Virus record (IMG/VR): IMGVR_UViG_3300005805_000099
Location: 1 to 59,185 of that record
Reading direction: 5' to 3' (one strand)
DNA: 59,185 nucleotides
Source of the DNA: a virus
Taxonomy: Duplodnaviria; Caudoviricetes
Shown: positions 1 to 10,674 of the stretch, one piece after another
How the letters are laid out: each line of letters begins with the position of its first letter
Numbering within the stretch: the stretch's first letter is position 1
The notes under the pieces: model-generated
Database searches by the model: none
The model's input: the letters and a program-made list of their open reading frames with translations, nothing else
What the model was told of the DNA's origin: nothing
Position numbers and translations under genes: made by a program

Positions 1-32
1 TGGTATATTGTAATTGTAACACCAACTAATAT

Positions 33-686
33 ATGAAGGAACCAAACAGAGAAAGGAAGAACGAGATTAAGTATAAGGTGGCTCTTAATGATGAGCAGAA
101 GGAGGTGAAGAGGCTTATTAGGGAGAATCAGATAGTGGTGATCACCGGGCGGGCCGGATGTGGTAAGTCTTTAGTGTCAGCCGTGACAGCCCTGGACTTC
201 CTGAATAAGAAGGAATGTGATAAGATATTTGTTACCCGGGCTACAGTGGAGGTGGGGCATTCTTTGGGATTTCTCCCAGGGGGACTAGATGAGAAGTTTA
301 ACCCTTATATAGAGGCACTAGTAGACAATCTTAATAAATGCCAGGACCCGGTCAAAACTACACAGCTTATTTCAGACGGCAAATTACTAGGATGCACTAT
401 ACAGTTTATCCGGGGTAAAACTATAGACGATGTCCTTATTGTAGAAGAAGCCCAGAATATGACTAAGCACCAGATGCTAGCCATCCTCACCCGTCTAGGT
501 AAAACCGGTAAGATTATTGTCAACGGGGACAATGAACAGAAGGATATTAAAGATGAATACAACGGGCTTTCTTATGCCATTGAATTAGCCAAGAAATTCC
601 CAGATGAGATCAAATGGGTGAAGCTTAACCAGAACCATAGGTCAGACCTAGTGGGTAAGATACTGGACTACGAGTATAAGAAATGA
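33..686 (+). CDS. phoH: PhoH family ATPase
   Basis: Walker A GRAGCGKS plus the PhoH-typical motifs LGFLPG, RGKT, EEAQN, LTRLG, GDxxQxD and terminal HRS. Confidence 0.93.
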   Translation: MKEPNRERKNEIKYKVALNDEQKEVKRLIRENQIVVITGRAGCGKSLVSAVTALDFLNKKECDKIFVTRATVEVGHSLGFLPGGLDEKFNPYIEALVDNLNKCQDPVKTTQLISDGKLLGCTIQFIRGKTIDDVLIVEEAQNMTKHQMLAILTRLGKTGKIIVNGDNEQKDIKDEYNGLSYAIELAKKFPDEIKWVKLNQNHRSDLVGKILDYEYKK

Positions 687-1300
687 CATTAAATCATGAT
701 ATAAAGAACATAAAGGCTCTGGTGAAGTTGTCTCATTTCACTAAGAACCCAGAGCATGACAATGAGTTCCACTCAGCCTATCTGTTTGCTGTACAATCAG
801 TGTCTGGTAAGATGCTGACATTCCATGTTATGACAGACTATGGGATGCTTAGGTCTAGGGTGCCCCTTAGTGAGGTGTATTTGAAAGCTCCCACTAAGGA
901 CATCCCGGCCCACTTCAAACAACTATGGGATTGCTTCTCTGAGAATGTGTCTGTCATCACCTACGACTACCTCAAAGAGAAGAGATGCCAGGTGGTGCTT
1001 AAAGACGGCAGCTTAATCTGGGCATCCTACCTATTTACCGTTGACTGGTACGACAATTCTTATTCAGACGAACCCACCGATTACAAGTGTGGGCATGTCC
1101 TAGTAGCAGATGACGGCTATCTTCTATGTCAGCCCAATAACCGAATCTACTGGAAAGACTCCAACTGGATTACAAGAGACTTTCCCCTTGATAAAAAGGA
1201 TATAAAGGTGGACACCACACTACCTAGTGTTGAATCCCAATCAGACAGATGGGTGAGTGAAGACGGATCCAGCTACTACTACGACATCAACTCTATATAG
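683..1300 (+). CDS. Conserved phage hypothetical protein
   Basis: 205-aa ORF overlapping the phoH stop (ATGA). QLWDCFS and KCGHVL...QPNNR motifs resemble a family seen in aquatic phages; function unknown. Confidence 0.6.
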   Translation: MTLNHDIKNIKALVKLSHFTKNPEHDNEFHSAYLFAVQSVSGKMLTFHVMTDYGMLRSRVPLSEVYLKAPTKDIPAHFKQLWDCFSENVSVITYDYLKEKRCQVVLKDGSLIWASYLFTVDWYDNSYSDEPTDYKCGHVLVADDGYLLCQPNNRIYWKDSNWITRDFPLDKKDIKVDTTLPSVESQSDRWVSEDGSSYYYDINSI

Positions 1301-1375
1301 CCATCTCTATTAAGGGGTTCCAAATTTCCCACAAAAGGTTAGTAACTTAGTAGCCACCAATTTGTATATTAAAAT

Positions 1376-1416
1376 TAAATTTGGTAGGTTTAAACTTTCT
1401 AAGTATATTATTAGTA
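1376..1416 (+). promoter_or_regulatory. Two tandem palindromic boxes (TAAAY-N7-GTWTA) overlapping a GTATATTATTAGTA promoter-like motif
   Basis: TAAATTTGGTAGGTTTA (1376-1392), TAAACTTTCTAAGTATA (1391-1407) and GTATATTATTAGTA (1403-1416); both motifs recur in other intergenic regions. Confidence 0.55.
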
Positions 1417-1436
1417 GGAACTATTAAAATCAACAG

Positions 1437-1739
1437 ATGATGAAGATACATGAATGCAGGGTATACTGCTACAACCAGCCACCAGACCTACTAGATCTTA
1501 TGGGTAAAGATGAGGCCGATGACGGTAAGTGGGTGCCATTTGCATTCACTATAGACATGGTGGATGCTATTAAGATGGCCTCAGATGATGATGCAAAGCA
1601 AACTTATAATAGGACAGCTTTGTTCATGCAGAATGGGGAGAACTACATTATAGACACTCCGTATAAGAAGTTTCTAAATATTTGGAAGGACTATCTTGGG
1701 GCAGAAGACTCCACTAGTTCTGATGATCTTGAACTTTAA
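1437..1739 (+). CDS. Hypothetical protein
   Basis: 100-aa ORF downstream of the promoter motif. Confidence 0.6.
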   Translation: MMKIHECRVYCYNQPPDLLDLMGKDEADDGKWVPFAFTIDMVDAIKMASDDDAKQTYNRTALFMQNGENYIIDTPYKKFLNIWKDYLGAEDSTSSDDLEL

Positions 1740-1762
1740 TTAATAACCAAAAACCAATACGT

Positions 1763-2098
1763 ATGTCAGAGACAACGCAGACAAACCCCCAGACACCTCC
1801 TAGTAAAGAAGAGGTGATGTCTTTTTTCCAAGAACAAATTGATGTTAAGAAGCTACAGCTTGAGCTACAAGAGCTTAACACAGGATTAGCTGTAGCTAGG
1901 GCAGAAGAGCTGAAGGCTCTTACAATGATAGCCCAGCTTACACAGCTTCCTGATAATTTTGAAACCGAGTCCCATATTGTTACAGAAGAAGATATGGAAT
2001 TGAACCCCGAGCTGGAACAAGCCGGTGTAAAGGTGGGAGATGAGGTGAAGATCCCAGCTCAGCCTAAGCGTAAATTAAAAAAAGAAACAGCTAGCTAA
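1763..2098 (+). CDS. Hypothetical acidic coiled-coil protein
   Basis: AAAAACCAA leader; heptad-like N-terminal half; TAATG coupling to the next gene. Confidence 0.65.
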   Translation: MSETTQTNPQTPPSKEEVMSFFQEQIDVKKLQLELQELNTGLAVARAEELKALTMIAQLTQLPDNFETESHIVTEEDMELNPELEQAGVKVGDEVKIPAQPKRKLKKETAS

Positions 2099-2484
2099 TG
2101 GCAGTAGTTAGTCAAGTAGAAAAGAAAGTGGTAATGACCAACTGGAATGTAGTTAGATTCCAGATAGTCACTTATTGCTACATCTACGATATTCAGATAA
2201 GTGAGGCAGACCTAAACTGCCTCACCTATTTGGCTTTAGAGGGGGAACAGGAGTTGACTACATTTTGTAGTAAGGTGTATTCTAAGAAGATTTTCTCATC
2301 GGCCCAGAGTGCTAGGAATAGCGTCACTAAAGCTGAGAAGAAAAAGCTTATTGTAAAAGAGGGCAGAAATAAAAAGAAAATATATCTGAATCCTGAGATG
2401 AAAATCGTGGCTTCAGGGAACATTCTTTTAAACTTTAAAGTGTTATCTCTTGCATCCCAAGAAAGCCAAACATCTAATACCTGA
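2098..2484 (+). CDS. Winged helix-turn-helix (RepL/MarR-like) DNA-binding protein
   Basis: ISEADLNCLTYL...ARNSVTKAEKKKLIVKEGRNKKKIYLNP pattern (recognition helix plus wing). RepL-like genes occur near TerL in crAss-like phages. Confidence 0.5.
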   Translation: MAVVSQVEKKVVMTNWNVVRFQIVTYCYIYDIQISEADLNCLTYLALEGEQELTTFCSKVYSKKIFSSAQSARNSVTKAEKKKLIVKEGRNKKKIYLNPEMKIVASGNILLNFKVLSLASQESQTSNT

Positions 2485-2881
2485 GGTAGCTAGTGAGACT
2501 GGTCTTACAGAAGACTGCATTTCAGATATTGTTAGTTTCTATTGGTCTGAAGTGAGGAAAAATCTGTCTTCTCTAACCACTGAAAGAGTGCATCTTACAA
2601 ATCTTGGAGATTTTGTAATCAAGCATTGGAAGATAGACCCTCTTATAGAAGGATTGCAGAAGTGGGAGGAGAATAATAGACTGAAAGGACTACAGAGAAT
2701 AACGGCTAGATTTAAAACGGCTGAAACTTTGTTTGGACTGAAGGCTATTAAGGAATCTATAGAGAAGGAGAACCAGAGAAAAGAATTTATTAAGAAGCAT
2801 AAAAATACCACCTATGTCGTTAAAAGACGGTTTAATAAAAATCTGGAAAAGCAAGGGCCAGATAGCAGAGGGGATAGCTAA
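2450..2881 (+). CDS. HU/IHF-like DNA-binding protein
   Basis: TTG start; LIPEVASETGLT...IVSFYWSEVRKNL...RVHLTNLGDFVIK follows the HU/IHF helix-helix-beta pattern. Confidence 0.6.
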   Translation: MHPKKAKHLIPEVASETGLTEDCISDIVSFYWSEVRKNLSSLTTERVHLTNLGDFVIKHWKIDPLIEGLQKWEENNRLKGLQRITARFKTAETLFGLKAIKESIEKENQRKEFIKKHKNTTYVVKRRFNKNLEKQGPDSRGDS

Positions 2882-3149
2882 CTCCATCTTTAAGAAAGAA
2901 CATGTTGAGGAGATTGCACAACAGAGGATGCAGATATGTAAACTATGTTCTGTCTATACAGAGGAGAATGAAGGTTGTTTAGTTCCAGGTACAACTCCTT
3001 GTTGTAATGAGAAGATGGGTGGATGCGGATGTTCTTTATCTATAAAAACTAGAAGCCTATCATCTTCTTGTCCTCTCACTCCTCCTAAATGGGAGGCTAT
3101 TTTATCTGAAGAGGAGGAAGATCTTCTGAATAAAAATTTACAAACATAA
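2814..3149 (+). CDS. Cys-rich zinc-finger-like protein
   Basis: RMQICKLC...CC...GCGCSLSIKTRSLSSSCP...KW motif. Confidence 0.6.
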   Translation: MSLKDGLIKIWKSKGQIAEGIANSIFKKEHVEEIAQQRMQICKLCSVYTEENEGCLVPGTTPCCNEKMGGCGCSLSIKTRSLSSSCPLTPPKWEAILSEEEEDLLNKNLQT

Positions 3150-3160
3150 AATCTACAAAC

Positions 3161-3988
3161 ATGAGTATTTTAAAATTCACCCCTGAAAACCACAAGTACA
3201 CCAGTGAAGACGGAACAGATTGGATGAGTGTAACAAGTCTCATCTCTAATTTTAAACCACCCTTTGAAGCTGATAAGATAGCTGAGAAATCAGCTAAGAA
3301 TAAAAAGTCAAAGTGGTATGGTATGAATCCTGAAGAAATTAAAGCGGCTTGGAAAGCTGAGGCTAAAAGAGCCACTGATCTGGGAACGTGGTATCACAAT
3401 CAAAGAGAGTCTGACATCTGTGGTATAAACACAATGGAACGTCACGGATCTACCGTGCCTGTGTTTAAACCAATAGAGGTTGAGGGAATTAAACATTCTC
3501 CTAATCAAAAGCTTACAGACGGTGTTTATCCAGAACATATGGTTTATCTCCGGTCTGCTGGTATATGTGGGCAGTCTGATCTAGTAGAAGTGGTTAATGG
3601 TGTTGTACACATCACTGACTACAAGACTAATAAGGAAATTAAAACAGGAGGCTTCACTAACTGGGAAGGCATTACACAAATGATGCTGCCTCCGTTCAAT
3701 CATTTAGAAGACTGCAATCTAAACCACTATGCTCTCCAGCTTAGCATATACATGTTCATTATTCTTAAGCATAATCCCAAGCTTAAGCCTGGAGTGTTAA
3801 CCCTCCATCATATATTGTTTGAAGAAGCTGGTAAAGATCAGTTTGGTAATCCTATTACAGCCGTTAACAGTAATGGGGAATACATTGTCAAGGATATAGT
3901 GCAGTATGATGTCCCTTATTTGAAACAAGAAGCTATAAGTATGATACATTGGCTTGAAGAAAACCGTCATAAAATTGTAAAGAAATGA
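3161..3988 (+). CDS. PD-(D/E)XK (Cas4/RecB-like) exonuclease
   Basis: SVTSLI, GTWYH, E...ICGQSDLV...ITDYKT and YALQLSIY motifs; a conserved crAss-like gene. Confidence 0.85.
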   Translation: MSILKFTPENHKYTSEDGTDWMSVTSLISNFKPPFEADKIAEKSAKNKKSKWYGMNPEEIKAAWKAEAKRATDLGTWYHNQRESDICGINTMERHGSTVPVFKPIEVEGIKHSPNQKLTDGVYPEHMVYLRSAGICGQSDLVEVVNGVVHITDYKTNKEIKTGGFTNWEGITQMMLPPFNHLEDCNLNHYALQLSIYMFIILKHNPKLKPGVLTLHHILFEEAGKDQFGNPITAVNSNGEYIVKDIVQYDVPYLKQEAISMIHWLEENRHKIVKK

Positions 3989-4359
3989 TTTGGCTAGAGA
4001 TTGTAGGTACATTATTTGATCTTGCTAATAAGAAGCAAGAGCTATCTGAAAAGAAAAGGGAAAGGCTTTCAGAACTATTTAGTAAGATATCAACTGTTAT
4101 TGATGATGTAGCAACTAAACTAGAGAATGATGAGTATCCTAGTAAGAGTTGTAGTATTATGCAGGATCTTTCTATAAACATTATGCTTCTTGTTAATAGT
4201 GAGCTTCCTGAAGATAAAGCAGAAGAGTTGGCTATTAAGCTTAATAAGGTTTGCTTCTTAGAAGAAGAATATGCTCAGAGAAAAAGCAATGATACCATTA
4301 AGAATCTTAGAATGATTTCTGGTAAGTTTGAAGCACTGTCAATGATGTATAGTTTATGA
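3985..4359 (+). CDS. Hypothetical helical protein
   Basis: 124-aa ORF translationally coupled to its neighbours. Confidence 0.55.
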   Translation: MIWLEIVGTLFDLANKKQELSEKKRERLSELFSKISTVIDDVATKLENDEYPSKSCSIMQDLSINIMLLVNSELPEDKAEELAIKLNKVCFLEEEYAQRKSNDTIKNLRMISGKFEALSMMYSL

Positions 4360-4601
4360 AAAAGCTAAAGAAACCTGAGGCACCTCCTCCAGATCCAAAG
4401 ACTGTTTATAATCTATTGGACCTATTACAAATGCTTAGAGAAGATAAGCTTCCTCCAAACCAAAAAGCATTTAGGTATAAGTCCACTAATAGTGTACAGT
4501 ATATTCATCTGGATGAGCTTAAGAAAGAACAGGCTATGATTGACACATTTGGAAAACAGTACGAAGACAGATTGATAGGAATAAAAACAAGCAGAGATTA
4601 A
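4356..4601 (+). CDS. Hypothetical protein
   Basis: 81-aa ORF with ATGA overlap. Confidence 0.5.
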   Translation: MKKLKKPEAPPPDPKTVYNLLDLLQMLREDKLPPNQKAFRYKSTNSVQYIHLDELKKEQAMIDTFGKQYEDRLIGIKTSRD

Positions 4602-4611
4602 AATAAAACTA

Positions 4612-5124
4612 ATGGTAAGATTATTTGATATACAGAATGGAAAGGTGGTGCCTTCAGAGCATTGTTATACCATTAAGTTTTTAAAAGACATTATGGATGA
4701 ATTTCCAAATGACCATTTGGCTATTTACTCCTATTTGTTTTATATGACCTGTCCTAGTCCAGATTTAAATCCTTTCTTTGATATGCCTGAGTCAGACAAA
4801 GAAGAGTTTATTTTACAAGAGGTGAATGCTGATTTTAGTGTGGATGAACCAACTATCACTCACGCATTGAACCAGTGTAAGAAGATGTATGAAACTCCTA
4901 CGTTTAGAGCCTATCAGGGTATTAAGATAGCTTTGGATAATATGGCTAAGTTTATGGCTACAGAGCAGGTGACATCCGGTAGAGATGGATCGGCTACAGC
5001 CATCCTTAGAATAGCAGAAAGATTTGATATGGTGAGACAAAGCTTTAAAGGAGTGTACAAAGATTTATTAGATGAACAACAATCCACAGTAAGAGGGGGA
5101 CAAAATTTAGCTTACGATCAATAA
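4612..5124 (+). CDS. Conserved crAss-like protein, candidate terminase small subunit
   Basis: 170 aa, helical, ends VRGGQNLAYDQ, lies just upstream of TerL. The TerS call rests on position only. Confidence 0.45.
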   Translation: MVRLFDIQNGKVVPSEHCYTIKFLKDIMDEFPNDHLAIYSYLFYMTCPSPDLNPFFDMPESDKEEFILQEVNADFSVDEPTITHALNQCKKMYETPTFRAYQGIKIALDNMAKFMATEQVTSGRDGSATAILRIAERFDMVRQSFKGVYKDLLDEQQSTVRGGQNLAYDQ

Positions 5125-5131
5125 CTATACT

Positions 5132-5398
5132 ATGGCAAAGAAAGACGTTTACCAAGACTACGAACCTGGTTATGACCCAGAAGATACAGACTATCTTTAT
5201 GATTGGGTGTTTCATTACAACATCTATACAGATACATGGGCAGCTATAACAAGAGATAGTTACACTGACTATTGGAGTGATTCTAATTTACCAGGGGTTA
5301 TTAAAAGCAGTTCTTTTACTACACTGATAGAAATACTCCATAGGATCAAAGGAGATGTTTCTCAGCTAGAAAAAAAACTTAATTTAAGGGATGAGTAA
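5132..5398 (+). CDS. Hypothetical protein
   Basis: 88-aa ORF overlapping the TerL start. Confidence 0.55.
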   Translation: MAKKDVYQDYEPGYDPEDTDYLYDWVFHYNIYTDTWAAITRDSYTDYWSDSNLPGVIKSSSFTTLIEILHRIKGDVSQLEKKLNLRDE

Positions 5399-7589
5399 TT
5401 ATATAGAAGTTCCTACATATAAAGATGGTCAATGGACCGTTACCTCTTTTTCTACAAGAGAAGAGTTTAGGGATTTTCTTGTCCCTCTTTTTAAAGAACC
5501 TGGTAAATACGAGTTTGATGAAGCCTCACTTATATTTAATGCAGAAGCTAGAAAGTTTCAGAAACAAAGGTTCTATTGTGCAGCTCCTGTCAAATCTAAA
5601 GACTTTATTACCTACTGGGATGACCAGAAGAATAAGTGTCGTGTGGGGATTATTGTACACAGTGGTAGTAACACTTGGTATCTTACTCGTGATTATTATA
5701 TGTGGCTTAATTTCCTTCCTATATACGATAAGGAAGAAAAGAAGTTTGACTTTGCCAAAGTGAGGGATGCTCAGTATCACATGGCTTTGTATGAGATATT
5801 AGCTGAGATGCATTATAAGCATGTAGTTATTCTAAAGAAACGTCAGATAGCCAGCTCTTATTTCCATATGGGAAAGCTTATAAACCAATGCTGGTTTGAA
5901 GAAGGGGCTGTGCTTAAGATAGGTGCTAGTTTAAAAGATTATATCAATGAGAAGGGATCCTGGAAGTTCTTAGATGAATACAAGAACTTCTTAAATGAGC
6001 ACACTGCTTGGTATAGACCCTTTAAACCAGATAAGGTGGGAGCTTGGCAGCAGCAAATTGAAGTGAGGATTAACAATAGAGCTACATACAAAGGACTAAA
6101 GTCCACTATTAATCTATATTCTTTTGAGAAAGACCCTACACATGGTGTGGGTGGACCTGTCACCTACTTCTTTCATGAAGAGGCCGGCATTGCTCCTAAG
6201 ATGAATGACACCTACGGATTTATGAAACCGGCCCTTAAATCTGGACACATAATTACAGGTCAGTTTATTGCTGCCGGATCAGTGGGTGATCTTGATCAGT
6301 GTGAACCATTGAAAGAATACATTCTTAATCCTGAAGAGAATGGTTTTTATGGAGTGGAAAGTAATCTAATAGATGCTGAAGGTACAATAGGAGTGACAGG
6401 ATTGTTTATTCCTGAGCAATGGTCTATGCCACCATACATAGATTCTTATGGTAATTCAAAAGTGGAGGAAGCTTTAGAGGCTTTACAAAAAGAGTTTGAG
6501 CTAGCTAAGAAGAATCTAGAACCGGCTGCCTACCAGCTCACCGTGTCTCAGCATCCTCGTACTATAGAAGAAGCTTTTGCTTCTAGAAAGCTCAGTGTGT
6601 TTCCTCCACATCTTGTGGCTAAACAGCTTCAGAGGATTTCTGATAAAGAATACCCCGTAGAATACTTAGATTTAAGCCGGAATGCTGACGGAAAAATAAT
6701 AGCTACAGCCTCAAACAAGATTCCTATAGCAGAATTTCCCATTTCTAAAAAGACGGACAATAAAGAAGGGGTGATATGTGTGTATGAAAGACCTCATAAG
6801 GATCCTACGTTTGGTATGTACTATGCATCAGTGGATCCGGTGGGAGAAGGTAAGACTACTACATCAGATTCTTTGTGTTCTATTTATATTCTAAAGAATC
6901 CTGTGGAGGTGATTGTTGATGATGGGGACGGCAGAGTGAAGAACTCAATAGAACGTGATCAGATAGTGGCTTCTTGGTGTGGTAGGTTTGATGATATCAA
7001 TAAGACCCACGAGAGACTGGAGCTTATGATTGAGTGGTACAATGCTTGGACAATAGTGGAGAATAACGTGGCTTTGTTTATACAGTATATGATATCTAAG
7101 AAGAAACAGAGATATCTGGTTCCGAAAGATATGATATTGTTTCTCAAGGACATAGGAGCCAACCGTAATGTGTTCCAAGAGTATGGATGGAAGAACGTAG
7201 GTACAATATTTAAAGGAACTATTCTTAGCTACGGCATTGAGTTTCTTAAAGAAGAGCTTGATTATGAGACATTGCCTGATGGAACCATAGTGAAGACTAT
7301 ATATGGGGTGGAGAGGATACCAGATCCTATGTTGTTAAAAGAAATGCAGGCATATAGAGATGGACTAAACGTGGATAGGATAGTAGCTTTTTCTGCTTTA
7401 ATAGCTTTTGCTAAAGTGCAGCAATCCAATAGGGGCCTTACTAAACGTATAGAAGTTAGGAAGGATAATTTGGATAACTCACAAAAATTTAGTAAATTAA
7501 ATTGGAGTCCATTTAGACACATGGGTGCTTCTAAGTCACCCCGTTCAGGGATGTCTAATCCCCGTAATGCTTTTAAAAATATTAGATGA
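5391..7589 (+). CDS. terL: Terminase large subunit
   Basis: Walker A-like LKKRQIASSY, Walker B FFHEEAG, RNase H-like nuclease acidic residues (SVDPV, ENN, NVDRIVA); lies upstream of the portal. Confidence 0.92.
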   Translation: MSNYIEVPTYKDGQWTVTSFSTREEFRDFLVPLFKEPGKYEFDEASLIFNAEARKFQKQRFYCAAPVKSKDFITYWDDQKNKCRVGIIVHSGSNTWYLTRDYYMWLNFLPIYDKEEKKFDFAKVRDAQYHMALYEILAEMHYKHVVILKKRQIASSYFHMGKLINQCWFEEGAVLKIGASLKDYINEKGSWKFLDEYKNFLNEHTAWYRPFKPDKVGAWQQQIEVRINNRATYKGLKSTINLYSFEKDPTHGVGGPVTYFFHEEAGIAPKMNDTYGFMKPALKSGHIITGQFIAAGSVGDLDQCEPLKEYILNPEENGFYGVESNLIDAEGTIGVTGLFIPEQWSMPPYIDSYGNSKVEEALEALQKEFELAKKNLEPAAYQLTVSQHPRTIEEAFASRKLSVFPPHLVAKQLQRISDKEYPVEYLDLSRNADGKIIATASNKIPIAEFPISKKTDNKEGVICVYERPHKDPTFGMYYASVDPVGEGKTTTSDSLCSIYILKNPVEVIVDDGDGRVKNSIERDQIVASWCGRFDDINKTHERLELMIEWYNAWTIVENNVALFIQYMISKKKQRYLVPKDMILFLKDIGANRNVFQEYGWKNVGTIFKGTILSYGIEFLKEELDYETLPDGTIVKTIYGVERIPDPMLLKEMQAYRDGLNVDRIVAFSALIAFAKVQQSNRGLTKRIEVRKDNLDNSQKFSKLNWSPFRHMGASKSPRSGMSNPRNAFKNIR

Positions 7590-7867
7590 TAATGAATACA
7601 GATCTCCACCAACAAAAGGTTAAAATTCTTTCCAGGCTTATAAAAGAGAGTTCTCTTACATTAGAGGAAGCTCTTGTTTTGCTTAGGGAAGAAGAACAAC
7701 TCATTGTAAATCAACCAGTTGTACAACCTATTGTATCACCCTATCCAATGCCAGGGACTTATTATTCAACCATGGCTGGGGATAGTATCAATTGTACAAA
7801 TGTAGATGGTTCCACGTGGAACAGTACTGTTTCACAAGTATTAGTAGATGAAACCCCAACCCTTTAA
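7586..7867 (+). CDS. Hypothetical protein
   Basis: 93-aa ORF between TerL and portal. Confidence 0.5.
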   Translation: MIMNTDLHQQKVKILSRLIKESSLTLEEALVLLREEEQLIVNQPVVQPIVSPYPMPGTYYSTMAGDSINCTNVDGSTWNSTVSQVLVDETPTL

Positions 7868-7872
7868 AGACC

Positions 7873-10623
7873 ATGCAAGTATATAACGCACTAGATTTAA
7901 AGAAAGGTAAAAAAGCTGAATATAATAAGATGGGTACTCTTACCCAGCCTATCCAGTTTTTACCTATGAAAGAGAAAGATGATGAATGGAGAGCATGGAA
8001 TCTTGACTGGTTAGAGTGGCAGGGAATGAGAATTCTTAGGAGAAATGCCCGTAGATTAAGTAAGAATTATAAGCTGGCCCGTGGAATTATAGACAAGTCA
8101 GACTATATCGTTGAGGAAAACAACGAGATGGTTGACTTAATAGAGACCCTCACTAAGGAAGACACTACAGCTTTTGAGCTTAAGTTCTATCCTATCATTC
8201 CTAATGTAATAAATGTTCTTACCAATGAGTTTGCTAAACGTAGTTCTAGGATTATGTTTAAAGCCGTTGATGACATTTCTTACAATGAGATGCTAGAGGA
8301 AAAGAGGAAGATGATTGAGGATGTACTTCTAAAAGATGCTAATGAGAAGATCTCAGCTATGCTGATGAACAGTGGGGCCGACTTAGAAAATGCAGAGGTA
8401 CAAGAACAGCTTAGTCCTGAGAATCTAAAGAAGCTTCCAGAGATTGAATCTTTCTTTAAAAAGGACTACCGGTCTATGATAGAAGAGTGGGCCACCCACC
8501 AGATGAAAGTGGATGAGGAAAGATTTAAAATGCAGGAGCTTGAGATTATGGCTTTTAGAGATTCTCTAATCACTGATAGGGAGTTTTGGCATTTTAGAAT
8601 GATGGAGGATGATTACGAAGTGGAACTTTGGAACCCTCTACTTACATTCTACCATAAGAGCCCAGATGTACGTTATATTTCCCAGGGTAACTGGGTGGGT
8701 AAGACGGATATGATGTCTGTATCAGACGTTATAGATAAGTTTGGATGGATGATGACTAAAGAGCAGTTGGAAGCTCTGGAGGTAATTTACCCAGTTAGGT
8801 CAGCTGGTTACACAATTCAAGGATATCAAAATGATGGAAGTTACTACGATCCTACAAGATCTCATGAATGGAACACCCAAATGCCTAGTTTGGCTTACAG
8901 GCAGTTTACTTCTCTTTATGATAGTAAGCTTGGAACTGGCGATATTGTGGAGTGGATTCTATCTGATACAGAAGATTTACAGGATTTTGGTAGGAGCTAT
9001 ATGCTTCGTGTATCAACAATTTACTGGAAGTCTCAAAGAATGGTGGGCCATCTTACTAAGATCACTGAGGAAGGGGAAGTAATCCAGGACATTGTATCTG
9101 AAAGCTACAAGGTAACGGACAAACCTTTGTATAACAATGCTGTGTATAAGAACAAAACTAAGGACAACCTTATTTTTGGTGAGCATATAGATTGGATTTG
9201 GATTAACGAAGTATGGGGTGGTATTAAGATTGGACCTAACCGTCCTACATTCTGGGGTATGAATAACCCTGGTGGCATCAACCCCATCTATTTAGGACTC
9301 AATGGTGGTAAGCCTGGTCCTATTCCTTTCCAGTTTAAAGGAGACAACACCGTTTACGGCTGTAAACTTCCTGTAGAAGGATGTGTGTTTGGGGATAGGA
9401 ACACCCGTTCAATATCTCTAGTAGACTTAATGAAGCCGTTCCAGATTGGCTACAATGTAGTTAATAACCAGATAGCTGACATCCTAGTAGATGAACTAGG
9501 TACCGTCATCATGCTAGACCAGAATGCCCTACCACGTCACTCTTTGGGTGAGGATTGGGGTAAGAACAATCTAGCTAAGGCTTATGTAGCTATGAAGAAC
9601 TTCCAGATGCTTCCTTTGGATACCACAATTACTAACACCGAGAATCCTCTGGCATTCCAACACTATCAAGTGTTGAACCTAGAACAGACACAGCGTTTGA
9701 TGTCTAGGATACAGTTGGCTACATACTTTAAGAATCAAGCCTTTGAGGTGATTGGTTTGAATCAGCAGAGAATGGGTCAACCTATAGCTCAGCAGCAGAC
9801 AGCCACCGGTATAGAACAAGCTATGAGTGCTAGTTATGCCCAGACAGAACAGTACTTTATTAACCACTCAGATAACTTGATGCCTAGAGTACACCAGATG
9901 AGAACTGATCTGGCTCAGTATTACCATTCTAAGAAGCCTAGTTTACGTCTTCAGTATATGACTACGGCAGATGAGAAGGTAAACTTTGAGATGACCGGTA
10001 CAGAGTTATTGATGAGAGAGCTTAATATTTTCTGCACTACTAAGACTAATTCTAGAGCTATTATGGAACAGCTTAGACAGCTGGCTATTAGTAATAACAC
10101 CACTGGAGCTTCCATATTTGACCTAGGAAACGTAATAAAAGCCGAATCTATTGCTGAACTCACTGGTGTTCTTAAAGCAGCTGAAGAGAAATCCATGGCT
10201 CAGAAACAACAAGAGCAACAACATCAGCAGCAGATGCAGCAGGAACAAATTGCTGCTCAGGAGAAACAGCTTCAGATGGCTCAGCAGTTTAAAGCTGATG
10301 AGGCTCAGAAGGATAGACAAGCTAGAATTATAGAAGCTGAGATTAGAGCTGCCGGTTATGGTGCCCAATCAGACATTAACCAGAACTTACGGTCTGATTA
10401 TCAAGATGCTATGGCTTCTATTAGAGAAGAGCAGAGATATCAGGATCAGATGAATCTGAAACGTGAGCAGTATCTTTTTAACAAAGACACTACTGGTGAG
10501 AAGATGAACATGGAGAGAGAAAAGCTTCAAACTCAGAAAGAAATTGCTAATAAACAACTTCAAATAGCTAAGGAAAACAAGAATAAGTATGACACTAAAT
10601 CACCTGGCAAGAAAAAAGAATAG
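7873..10623 (+). CDS. Portal protein (crAss-like, P22-type)
   Basis: 916 aa; FYPIIPNVINVL motif, SLVDLMKPFQIGYN, Q-rich C-terminal barrel; TerL-portal-scaffold-MCP synteny. Confidence 0.88.
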   Translation: MQVYNALDLKKGKKAEYNKMGTLTQPIQFLPMKEKDDEWRAWNLDWLEWQGMRILRRNARRLSKNYKLARGIIDKSDYIVEENNEMVDLIETLTKEDTTAFELKFYPIIPNVINVLTNEFAKRSSRIMFKAVDDISYNEMLEEKRKMIEDVLLKDANEKISAMLMNSGADLENAEVQEQLSPENLKKLPEIESFFKKDYRSMIEEWATHQMKVDEERFKMQELEIMAFRDSLITDREFWHFRMMEDDYEVELWNPLLTFYHKSPDVRYISQGNWVGKTDMMSVSDVIDKFGWMMTKEQLEALEVIYPVRSAGYTIQGYQNDGSYYDPTRSHEWNTQMPSLAYRQFTSLYDSKLGTGDIVEWILSDTEDLQDFGRSYMLRVSTIYWKSQRMVGHLTKITEEGEVIQDIVSESYKVTDKPLYNNAVYKNKTKDNLIFGEHIDWIWINEVWGGIKIGPNRPTFWGMNNPGGINPIYLGLNGGKPGPIPFQFKGDNTVYGCKLPVEGCVFGDRNTRSISLVDLMKPFQIGYNVVNNQIADILVDELGTVIMLDQNALPRHSLGEDWGKNNLAKAYVAMKNFQMLPLDTTITNTENPLAFQHYQVLNLEQTQRLMSRIQLATYFKNQAFEVIGLNQQRMGQPIAQQQTATGIEQAMSASYAQTEQYFINHSDNLMPRVHQMRTDLAQYYHSKKPSLRLQYMTTADEKVNFEMTGTELLMRELNIFCTTKTNSRAIMEQLRQLAISNNTTGASIFDLGNVIKAESIAELTGVLKAAEEKSMAQKQQEQQHQQQMQQEQIAAQEKQLQMAQQFKADEAQKDRQARIIEAEIRAAGYGAQSDINQNLRSDYQDAMASIREEQRYQDQMNLKREQYLFNKDTTGEKMNMEREKLQTQKEIANKQLQIAKENKNKYDTKSPGKKKE

Positions 10624-10674
10624 TGGTTATAGCTATATAATCCGCACCTTAGCTAGGTACTAAGAGGTCGTTTG

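Noticed and set aside
10627-10668. Small hairpins after the portal stop
   Set aside because: Short AT-rich stems without a U-tract; not distinguishable from chance.
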